Shown piece by piece: positions 1 through 9,753 of a DNA stretch of 32,550 nucleotides. The DNA is from Octopus bimaculoides (Eukaryota): assembly GCF_001194135.2 (NCBI RefSeq), contig NC_069008.1, positions 3,259,361-3,291,910 on the forward strand, given 5' to 3'. Under the pieces are notes generated by a model, which saw nothing but the letters and a program-made list of their open reading frames with translations, did no database searches and was not told where the DNA came from. Every line of letters begins with the position of its first letter. Position 1 is the first letter of the stretch. Position numbers and translations under genes: made by a program.

Positions 1-540
1 AGGATGGACGCACTATATCTGACCACCGCAACTGCCCAGATGTTCATGGCGGTAATCAAATGTTTGGCATTCAGGTTGGATTTCAACACCATCTTCACCC
101 TTTTTTGATGCGCCTCGCTGACCTTGACTTTCATTTCTCTGTGTAGAATGTCATCCAGCTCCAAAATCCCTAAATATCTACACCCACCACTGTCACCGCA
201 ATTCTCTGTAGGATGCTTTCTTCTCCCTTTTCCTTTTAAGTGCTGATCATTTCGTAATCCCAAATTCCATACGGATGTCTCTACCACACTTCTGGACTGT
301 TTTAGTTCAGGAATCTATCTGTTTTTCAGATTTCCCAAACAATTTCAGGTCATCCTTAAACAGAAGATGGTTCACTGATGGGCCTTCCTTCCCATATCGG
401 TAACCTAAGCATCATTGTTAAGGGTATTAGTGCAAATTACAAATAGTAACGGAGAAAACGAGTCACCTTGAAGGATGCCCCTCTTAATATTACCTTCTCT
501 AAGTTAAGTAACCCTTCTTCCTAACCACTCTCACTTGGTT
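1..540 (-). mobile_element. Decayed reverse-transcriptase fragment of a Dong/R4-type (RLE) non-LTR retrotransposon
   Basis: Minus-strand translation gives KRGILQGDSFSPLLFVI (about 440-490), NHLLFKDDLKLF (about 339-373), MEFGITK, RYLGILE and LNAKHLITAMNIWAVAVVRYSA, interrupted by stops and frameshifts. Confidence 0.85.
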
Positions 541-769
541 CATTAGTTTATTTGCTGACCTTTTCCGTCCAGAATTTCAAGGTACGTCGGCCCACCCCGC
601 GACTTCTTTTCAGCTTTGCTCTTTCATGTCATTCAATAAGTCTATCGTACTCTTCCTTCGTCCACTTATGTCTGCTTTTGCGTACACCGTGTACGTGATC
701 TGTTGTGACATAACGACCGTCCGAAGCCATATCACTGCCCTGTTGCCCCTTTGTTGGGTAGTGGTGGAG

Positions 770-1085
770 CAGACACTTCCCGTTATTGTGTTACATCAGT
801 TTGTTTTGTTACGGGGTCTGGTTGCAATCATCTGTTGTATTACTGTTTCTATTGTGTGATGTGTGTGTAATGCGAGTTGGTTTTACGACCTGTTGGTGGT
901 TGTTTATTTTAATGGATATTTACTATATAAAGTGTGGCTTGTGTTTGGGGAATGTTTTGTTTGGTTTGTATTTTTAAATTCACAGTGTCTTGCGTAGTAT
1001 GTGGGACTGTTTTTAGCAGGGCTATTTTGTGGATTGCGTCTATGTTTACGCATGCGTCTTTCACTATTTCAGCTACCAGCTCCAA
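770..1085 (-). mobile_element. 3' end (ORF C-terminus plus probable 3' UTR) of a second Dong/R4-type LINE copy
   Basis: Minus strand reads IHKIALLKT then, after a frameshift, HILRKTL*. This matches the C-terminus of the fragment at 7030-7358 (THILRRTLSI*). It lies 5' of the RT fragment on that strand, so it is a separate copy. Confidence 0.55.
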
Positions 1086-1532
1086 ATCCGAAAGAACCAA
1101 CCGGAAATCGTGAGTAATCTTCGTTTTCTTCGTTTTCTTTGTTGTTGTTGTTGTTGTTGTTGTTGTTGATGATCAAAAGGTGGACGAGAGTGACAAAACT
1201 AATGAGGTTGAATGGATCCACCCTGAGTACGCTTTTCTAAGTAGGAGGAACGAAACGAGAAAGATGGCGCTTCGTATACATTCGGGATGGCAGCGTAATC
1301 CAGGACGACTTTTGCGTGGGGTTTACTCCGAAATACCTTATGTATACTGCCCCCGCGATTCGGGATTCCCTTGATTAATTAATTAATTAATTAATTAATA
1401 TCTCTCCCTTCTATTTATATATCCCTTGATGTTGTAGTGTCTCCCTTTGATCGATGGAAACCCAGCTTGTTTTCTGTGCTGTATCTCGTCCTTTGAATAT
1501 TGTCCTCCATGTGGGCAATAAAAGAAAGCTGG

Positions 1533-1564
<32 letters not shown>

Positions 1565-1752
1565 AGTCATCATAGTCATCATCATCATCATCATCATCAT
1601 TATTATTATTGCACATCAGTTAGTTTCGAGTAGGTTTCTATTGCATAGCTTGCTACACGTTCGTGTTGCCAAGGTGTATGCAGCATTGTGTGTTCTCTGT
1701 TTTTTTTTATTTATTTTTTGCTTGTCGTTTGGGGAGAATTGTATTGCGTAAG

Positions 1753-1837
1753 TATGTTTTATTATGGGGTTTGGTTGGAGTCTTTTGATGTATCAATGTT
1801 TGTATTGTGCAGCGTGTATGTCGTGCGAATTGAGTTC
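1753..1837. repeat. Old second copy of sequence 800-884
   Basis: Ungapped manual alignment gives 62/85 identity. Confidence 0.7.
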
Positions 1838-1898
1838 TTCTTTTGTGTATCGGAACTGTATGGTTTATTCCTGTGTGTTTTGAGTATAGTGTTGCATC

Positions 1899-2220
1899 GT
1901 TGTTGTTGGCACTCCGTCGCTTACGACGACGAGGGTTCCAGTTGATCCCGATCAACGGAAACAGCCTGCTCGTGAAATTAACGTGCAAGTGGTTGAGCAC
2001 TCCACAGACACGTGTACCCTTAACGTAGTTCTCGGGGATATTCAGTGTGACACAGTGTGTGACAAGGCTGGACCCTTTGAATTACAGGCACAACAGAAAC
2101 AGGAAGTAAGAGTGAGAGAAAGTTGTGGTGAAAGAGCACAGTAGGGTTCGCCACCATCTCCTGCTGGAGCCTCGTGAAGCTTTAGGTGTTTTTGCTCAAT
2201 AAACACTCACAACGCCCGGT
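1899..2220 (-). mobile_element. tRNA-headed SINE family A (head lost in the N gap)
   Basis: Reverse complement of the elements at 7886-8273 and 9754-10140, including the 3' end cgtaagcgacggagtgccaacaac. Confidence 0.9.
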
Positions 2221-3043
2221 NNNNNNNNNNNNNNNNNNNNNNNNNNNNNNNNNNNNNNNNNNNNNNNNNNNNNNNNNNNNNNNNNNNNNNNNNNNNNNNN
2301 NNNNNNNNNNNNNNNNNNNNNNNNNNNNNNNNNNNNNNNNNNNNNNNNNNNNNNNNNNNNNNNNNNNNNNNNNNNNNNNNNNNNNNNNNNNNNNNNNNNN
2401 NNNNNNNNNNNNNNNNNNNNNNNNNNNNNNNNNNNNNNNNNNNNNNNNNNNNNNNNNNNNNNNNNNNNNNNNNNNNNNNNNNNNNNNNNNNNNNNNNNNN
2501 NNNNNNNNNNNNNNNNNNNNNNNNNNNNNNNNNNNNNNNNNNNNNNNNNNNNNNNNNNNNNNNNNNNNNNNNNNNNNNNNNNNNNNNNNNNNNNNNNNNN
2601 NNNNNNNNNNNNNNNNNNNNNNNNNNNNNNNNNNNNNNNNNNNNNNNNNNNNNNNNNNNNCTCGTCACTGTTTTTTCTGAAAGTCATTTAGATATCGTGC
2701 TATCAATATTTCACTTGTACGCGTCCGTGTGTGGGTCGAGAAACCGAGAAACAGTAATGTGCATGTTTATAGAGCATTTGTAAAGATCGAAATTAATATG
2801 TGATTATGTATATATTATTAGGGCCAGATTGAACTGTGGATTTCACCAGTCTGGGGCATTAAATCCTTCGTGGCTCAAAGAGGAAGCTTTAGCATATTTA
2901 CAGAGAAATTTATAGGGGGGGGGGGGTTGTTAAGGGACATTGCTGTATTCTACTTAGTCTCAGGTAGAGCATATTCATAAATGTCTCAATATTTCTACCA
3001 ATTACTTTGTTTTATTTATTCTATTTCTTTCTTCTCTTTCCAG

Positions 3044-4162
3044 GTGTTTTTATCCGCAAGAACGAAACGACTCTCACGCAACCAGAAACGCACAACATAT
3101 ATTCCGCAGTAAACCTCTTTTTGAACGACGAACGTGCCATTGGATACGCAAGCTTCTCAGCTTTCCACAATAATCAAAGTAGTTGTGCGAAGAGGTCGGG
3201 TGGAAGCAGTGCATACTGCGCAACACATGGCAAAGCAACCTATCTTCTCTGGAATAGATTGTACCTTGCACAATTAGAACAAGCGCTGGCTTCATACGAA
3301 GGCTTTACTGGTCTTTTTTATTATGACTGGACGAGTATCAAGATTCCCATGAACAAAATGACGTTTGTCAGTCATTATCATACAAAAAACTTTCTGCTAG
3401 AGGGCGTTCTGTTAGCCCTGGAGCAAGACGATTATTGCCGTTTTGCTATTAGGCTTGAAATGGCTCTCATACAATCTTTTTTCCACACCGGCATCAACCC
3501 ATATCGATTGGACGACATGGCTATATGTCACTACACAGTGAACGCTGATCGCATCTTCACCTTGTGGCAGCAACTTCAAGACTACAGAGGCAGGAGAGCG
3601 GCCATTAACTGTGCTTTGAACTTGCTCCAAAAACCGTTGGGATCGTTCGAACGTGTGTACAGGAATCGTATCAATCTCAGCAGGATAAACGCTGAACCGA
3701 TGCAGTTAGTGAATCCCGCTGTTTCATTGGGTTATCATTATGACGATCTTAGTCTCAATGGCATGAACATCTCAAGACTTAGCCAGCTTCTCCAAGAGCG
3801 CCGATCGAAACATAGATCTTTCGCCAGCTTTCATCTACGTGCAATCAAAACGTCGGCCAAATTCCGGGTCTTGGTTTGTGTGCCGCGCAAAGGTAAAACC
3901 GCGCATGTGCTGACAGACGACTGTAACAACGATGCAGGTTCGTTCTTCGTTCTGGGAGGAGATGACATCCACCAACAGAAGTGGGACTACGGCTATCCGT
4001 ACCTCTTCGAAATCACCGATGTAGTGGAATCACTCGGTGTCCCGCTAGATGGCGACTACTACGTTCATGCAGATATATCTGCCCTGAATGGCACACAGCT
4101 CCGAGATGACATCATACCGGCACCCACAGTGTCCTATATCCCAGGCCGAAGACACACAAACG
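3044..4162 (+). CDS. Hemocyanin-like functional unit 1 (degenerate copper site; C-terminal domain resembles FU-a)
   Basis: Acceptor tttcttctctttccag at 3028-3043, donor G|gtaagt at 4162/4163. Translation has FU motifs IRKN, AFH, CATHG, YYDWT, LLALEQDDYCRF, DRIFTLWQ, AINCA, GYHYDDLSLNG, AGSFFVLGG and PTVSYIPG. The LLWNR, EMALIQ and YTVNADR segments lack ligand His. Confidence 0.93.
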
Positions 4163-4249
4163 GTAAGTAGTGAACGCTGTTCACGGTTTCGATCCCACAC
4201 CCGTCTCCAAGGGCCAACAACAAAGAACAACAGAAGGTTTTCTTTTATT

Positions 4250-4720
4250 CGTGGTCACTGACTTGCTGGAGATAGCAGTCAAATTTCTGTCTAGAATAAA
4301 GCCTGTATTAAATGATCATGCCAAGAAGACTCTTCGTGACCATTAGATTTGGTAAAAATAGCAGTCAAATCTCGCTCAACAGGACTATGCTGTCTTATGT
4401 ATGTGCCTTGGGTCCTTAATTCACGATTGGGTCCCAGAGTCTTTGTCGTAATGTACGGTGTTTTAATTTTAGCTTATTTATGTTTTTGTAGACAACTAAA
4501 CTTAGCAGATCCTCTCCCTCCGGGAAAAAGAAAGCGAGAGAAGGAGAGAGAGAGAGAAAGAAAGAGGAAGGGAGAGAGAGAGAAAAATATAAAGATGGCC
4601 TCACTTGTATTTTATTTATCGACCCCGAAAGAGCGTGTGCATATGTAGTTAAGGGCTAACGGCATCTATTTAGTCGTCTCACCAGACAGAAATAGCTGCC
4701 AAACTTCCTTTAAATTAGAA
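4250..4720. repeat. Intronic unclassified repeat fragments sharing an ATAGC(A/T)G(T/C)CAAA motif, plus an AG-rich tract
   Basis: gatagcagtcaaat (about 4272), aatagcagtcaaat (about 4358) and aatagctgccaaac (about 4692); GA-rich tract 4525-4590. Confidence 0.35.
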
Positions 4721-4919
4721 CCAACTGACTTATATACACTTTTATAGGTATATATATGATGGCCATCCACTCGTGACTGAGGAAGATCATTGCTGACCTT
4801 CAGAAACATTATGTGCTCTAGGACGAACTTATATTTTGCATTTGCGGCTCCGTTGGTGGCTAATGAGCCCTGCTCTTGACAAGCACGTGTATATATGTGT
4901 ATATACGTGTATATGTATG

Positions 4920-4960
<41 letters not shown>

Positions 4961-4974
4961 GTGTGTGTGTGTAT

Positions 4975-5010
<36 letters not shown>

Positions 5011-5326
5011 GTATATGTATATACACACACACACATATATATACATATATATGTGTGATGTGTGTGGGGGGCGTGTTTCTGTATGTGTTTGCTTCCCATC
5101 ACCACTTGACAATCGGCGTCGGTGTGTTTACATCCCCCCAAAACTTAGCGTTTTGGCATACATAATTAGATACACACACTCACACACACACACACACATA
5201 TATATATATACGTATACACACACATACACACACATGTATATATATTTGTGTGTGTATAAATGCATATATGTGTCTATGTGTGTGTGTATAAAATTATATA
5301 TTCTTTCTTAAATTTTAATGTTACAG

Positions 5327-5813
5327 AGAAGAAATTGGTGAAGAAACTGCGCAGAAAGTTCCCCAAGAAACTGCACAAAATATTTCCCAAGCGGAAAAAC
5401 GTCAATGATTTAACTAAAAAAGAACGACTCGAACTAAGATTAGCCATGATGTGTTTCGTCAAGGACAAATCCATGCAAGGTTACCAAATTTTAGCAGAAT
5501 ATTCCGGACTGTTGAAGAAATGTCCCCAACCGGAATCAACCTATCAACGGGTTTGCCGCCTCCATGGAAACCCGGTCTTCTTGCATTGGAACCGATTAGC
5601 TGTGAAGCAATTTGAGAATTCACTCAGTGAGTGCGGAACCAGTGTTGCTTTACCTTATTGGGACTGGACAGATCCTGTGAACACCATACCGTTGTTTTTA
5701 TCGAACCACTCCTTCTATGATCCAGACTGGAAACAGCTTAGATTGAACCCGTTTTCCCGTCTCTCAGTTGATTTCATGTCCTATAATGAAGAGGCTTCGA
5801 GAAATACAGAATG
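5327..5813 (+). CDS. Cationic linker plus N-terminal half of hemocyanin-like functional unit 2
   Basis: Acceptor ttttaatgttacag ending 5326 (phase 1); donor TG|gtaagt at 5813/5814 (phase 2). Motifs RKNVNDLT, GYQ, CP, VCRLHG, HWNRL, LPYWDWT and NPF. Confidence 0.93.
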
Positions 5814-6149
5814 GTAAGTCTTGATTCAGTTGTAGCTTTTCGTTGTTTGTTAATGTTATCTCTACAGATTTTTTTTTATAGAAATTACAATCAGCATCGA
5901 TTTTTGCTGGATATAATTTGTATAGAAGATCTGTAAAGATGGTCTTAACAAGGAACGTAAAGTACTGTGCTAACAAGGTATTATTTTGTTCTTTTATTCT
6001 TTTATTTATCAACCCTAGGACTTTATTCCTCTATTTATTCGACCCCAGGACTTTATTCCTCTACCTCTCCATAATTCACGTTTGAAACCTGATCCATATT
6101 TTAATGCTTTGTCGTTGATGATGGCTGATTTATATTTTCTTTGCTTCAG

Positions 6150-6952
6150 GGTCACCGAGTATCTTGGGGACGAGAAACACGGGGCCCTCTTTTCCCAGCT
6201 ACTGCTCGCTTTTGAACAGGAGGACTTCTGCGATTTCGAAATCCAACTGGAAGTTCTACAAAACAGCTTCTACAACATTTTCTTGGTACCGGAATTCCAA
6301 ACGTTGGACCACATGACGTTCGATCCTCTGTTCTGGATGCATAGCAATCAAGTGGATCGTCTGTGGGCAACGTGGCAGGCTTTGCAGTTCCATCGGGGCC
6401 TCTCGTCAGCGGCCAACTGTATACACTCTGACCTTCACCATCCTTTGAAACCGTTCGCCGACGGTCCGCCTATCAACACTAATTTGATTACCTTTGAACA
6501 CTCGACGCCCGATCAAGTGCACGACTACCGAAACAATTTGCATTACGAGTTCGAGTCTCTTAAACTAGGAGCTGATATGTCTATCGATATCCCTGATCTT
6601 CATACTCGTATCGAGGATCTGAAAAAAAAAGACCGTGTTTTTATTGGGTTCTTACTGCGCGGCATCAAGACGTCTGCCAAGATCCAGGTAACGGTGAATG
6701 AAAACTTCAGGGACAATGATAAGAGGAGTGTGCCCACAATTCTGGCTTCCATATTGGTGTACGGAAGTCCTCAAGAGAACGAGTGGAGTTTCGATCGCTA
6801 TTACAAACACGAAATAACCCACAGCCTGTTACTTTTGGACTATAAATACGATGACAAGATCCCTTTAAATGTATATGCCGAAGACATCAACGGTACAACT
6901 CTACCAGACGCTGTTTTACCCGAACCAGTAATTATATACGTACCTAACAAAG
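6150..6952 (+). CDS. C-terminal part of hemocyanin-like functional unit 2 (degenerate CuB site)
   Basis: Acceptor ttttctttgcttcag ending 6149 completes the split TG|G Trp codon; donor G|gtaggt at 6952/6953 (phase 1). Motifs AFEQEDFCDFEIQ, FDPLF, VDRLWATWQALQ, ANC, PLKPF, DRVFIGFLL and SFDRYYKHEIT. Confidence 0.93.
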
Positions 6953-7029
6953 GTAGGTATTCCTTTGTGATTCCATTTGCTTTTGGGTTGTACATTTGTT
7001 TAATGTTCTTCCTACAGGTAAGATGAACG

Positions 7030-7358
7030 ATCCAGGCTAATCGACCAGATGTAGTCATTAAAGACAGTAAAGAAAATACTTGTGGAATAATAGATGTAGG
7101 TGTTCCCACAGACAAAAAATATAACTGTAAAGGAATTTGACAAATTAAGTAAATAGAAGGACAAGGAAATTGAAATACAAAAGATGTGGAATCTTAAAGC
7201 GACAACTGTTCCTGTTATTGTGGGTGCCCTAGGTATGATAAGAAAGTTATGTCAGAAACATCTAGATAATATCCCAGGAGAATCGTGTCTCAGAGAAATC
7301 CAAAAAGATTCAGCTGACAAGTATTACCCACATCCTTAGAAGAACCCTATCCATTTAA
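7030..7358 (+). mobile_element. Restriction-like endonuclease (C-terminal) fragment of a Dong/R4-type LINE, inside intron 3
   Basis: Translates as IQANRPDVVIKD..IIDVGVP..KEFDKLSK*KDKEIEIQKMWNLKATTVPVIVGALG..THILRRTLSI*. This is the RPD..D..P..KE..K pattern of RLE non-LTR elements, with frameshifts and a stop. Confidence 0.85.
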
Positions 7359-7885
7359 AAGTATGTGTTGTATTACATGAAGATATTCTGCTACTGCCAC
7401 TTCCCTGCCATCCGCCCCCCCCCCCCAAGGTTTCAGTCATATTGTAACATCTCTTATCTTTCACTTGCCCTAGGACGCTGGGTGTGTCACGGTGTGTTTC
7501 TAAAATTTATAATTACCTTTGATATTATTAATTATTAATTATATATATATATANNNNNNNNNNNNNNNNNNNNNNNNNNNNNNNNNNNNNNNNNNNNNNN
7601 NNNNNNNNNNNNNNNNNNNNNNNNNNNNNNNNNNNNNNNNNNNNNNNNNNNNNNNNNNNNNNNNNNNNNNNNNNNNNNNNNNNNNNNNNNNNNNNNNNNN
7701 NNNNNNNNNNNNNNNNNNNNNNNNNNNNNNNNNNNNNNNNNNNNNNNNNNNNNNNNNNNNNNNNNNNNNNNNNNNNNNNNNNNNNNNNNNNNNNNNNNNN
7801 NNNNNNNNNNNNNNNNNNNNNNNNNNNNNNNNNNNNNNNNNNNNNNNNNNNNNNNNNNNNNNNNTATGTATGTATGTATGTATGT

Positions 7886-8273
7886 GTGGAGGCGCAATGG
7901 CCCAGTGGTTAGGGCAGTGGACTCGCGGTCATAGGATCGCGGTTTCGATTCCCAGACCGGGCGTTGTGAGTGTTTATTGAGCGAAAACACCTAAAGCCCC
8001 ACAAGGCTCCGGCAGGGGATGGTGGCGAACCCTGCTGTACTCTTTCGCCACAACTCTCTCTCACTCTTTCTTCCTGTTTCTGTTGTGCCTGTAATTTCAA
8101 AGGGGTCAGCCTTGTCACATTCTGTGTCACGCTGAATATCCCCGAGAACTACGTTAAGGGTACACGTGTCTGTGGAGTGCTCAGCCACTTGCACGTTAAT
8201 TTCACGAGCAGGCTGTTCCGTTGATCGGATCAACTGGAACCCTCGACGTCGTAAGCGACGGAGTGCCAACAAC
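7886..8273 (+). mobile_element. tRNA-headed SINE family A, full length, intron 3
   Basis: A-box TGGCCCAGTGG (7898-7908), B-box-like GGTTTCGATTCC (7941-7952) and a CAA-type 3' end. Near-identical to 9754-10140. The head resembles tRNA-Arg; the family name is not verified. Confidence 0.9.
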
Positions 8274-8386
8274 ATGTATATATGTATGTATGTGTGTGTA
8301 TCTATGTATGTGTATAAGTGTGTGTATTTATGTTTGAATGTGTGCGTGTATTTGTCTCGCCTCTAATATGTGCTGTCTTATTGCAG

Positions 8387-9650
8387 ATAATTCAAAATGG
8401 CCGCTACAATATTTGCCGACGCACGAAAGGAAACTGGTGGACACTCTCACGAGTATGGAAGAAGTGGAGATTCGAGAAGCAATGCGCATGTTCAATGCTG
8501 ACAAGACGGCCACCGGGTTCCAGAGAATTTCGGCTATGCACGGCTCGCATCTCTGGTGCCCGTATTTAGCTGCTCCAGTCAAACACATGTGTTGTCACCA
8601 CAACAGCAAGACCTTCCTTCCGTGGCACAGACTACTTATGATGAACTTCGACGATGGCTTGCGAAGATACGGTAACAGGCTTGGAGCCCCGTACTGGGAT
8701 TGGACAAGGCCCTTTTCGGCCTTACCTAAGCTTGCAACTGATAAGGTCTACAGAGATTTGAGCGGGAAGCTGAGAGAGAACCCTTTCTTACGTACGCATA
8801 TTGATTACTTGGGAGTGGATACTGTGAGAGATGTGCAAGCGAAATTATTTCACCCAAGTTATCGCCGACGTGTGTACGAATGTGTTCTAAACGCCCTGGA
8901 GTACATGGAATTTGAGCGTTTCCAGTCCGGACTGGAACATGTTCATAACCTGATACATGTGTTGGTTGGTGGCTCGGCTACCTACTCAATGTCTTGTCTG
9001 GAGTACGCTGCTTATGATCCGATTTTTTTTCTCCATCACAGCATGGTGGATCGCGTGTGGGCCATTTGGCAAGAAATGTATTACGCATTTTTCCCAGATC
9101 CTTCTTATGGGTCGACTAGTCGTTACGGCACAGAATACAATGAAACTTTGAGCCCGTTCAACATTACTTCTGTCAACGTGTATCAGACGACCAGGAAATA
9201 TTCTGTCCCCTGGATGACGTTCGATTACGGAACCAACTTCCAGTATGGTTATGACAGTCTGACTATCAACGGAAAATCTGTGGCGAAGTTGAGCTGGGAA
9301 ATCCAGGAGCGACAGAGAAGAGACCGCTGGTTCATTATAGCTTACGACTTGAAAGACATCAAACAATCATACATTGTTAAATTCTACATAACGCTGACGG
9401 ACACCGCTGGAAAGGCATTTAACTCCAGTGACGAGATTTTTCCTGCGGGTGAGATATACGTGTTTAACGGTAAACGGGCGAGGCCGTGGAAGACAAACGT
9501 CACATACAGGATCGAGATAACAGACTTGAGTAGAAGACAACGTCTTTGGAAGGATAACCATTTTGTTCTGAAGCACAGAGTATTTGACTTACCTGGCAAG
9601 GAAATGCACAACGTGACTCTACGCGCCAGTGTGGTGTTTGTGCCGAGAAA
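8387..9650 (+). CDS. Hemocyanin-like functional unit 3 with intact type-3 dicopper motifs (stop at 9652-9654 if the 9651 donor is not used)
   Basis: Acceptor ctgtcttattgcag ending 8386 (phase 1). CuA motifs AMHG, CCHH and PWHR; CuB motifs EHVHNLIH and DPIFFLHHSMVDR; also GAPYWDWT, NPF and YGYDSL. Ends VFVPR-AA|gtaagt. Confidence 0.95.
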
Positions 9651-9700
9651 GTAAGTATATATATATTACCATATAAAACGTACTGTTGATGCTGCTTTAG

Positions 9701-9753
<53 letters not shown>

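Noticed and set aside
1150-1375. 64-aa ORF 1180-1374 and an AAGATGGCG YY1-like motif at 1261
   Set aside because: GTG start, no recognisable domain, no signal-peptide character or phase-1 donor to link it to exon 1, and a single motif amid transposon debris.
786-1945. Protein-level similarity between ORFs 786-977 and 1688-1945 (..FxYGVWLxS..)
   Set aside because: The 23 mismatches over 85 nt fall 7/7/9 on codon positions 1/2/3, with no third-position bias. They are old copies of a non-coding repeat, probably a LINE UTR.
3007-3043. Hydrophobic ORF start MFYLFYFFLLFPG as a signal peptide
   Set aside because: It begins at TTG and is the translated polypyrimidine tract of the 3043 acceptor. The same holds for the N-terminal extensions of ORFs 5260, 6082 and 8338.
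7886-7960. tRNA gene
   Set aside because: It has A/B boxes but no complete cloverleaf, and continues into a 390-bp body present three times; it is a SINE head. The same applies to families B and C.
3044-9654. Calling the locus a standard respiratory hemocyanin or a hemocyanin pseudogene
   Set aside because: Only three units are visible, two lack copper ligands, and the third ends in a stop or short tail. More than 3.7 kb of coding sequence has no disablement and every splice phase is compatible, which argues against a pseudogene. No gene symbol is assigned.
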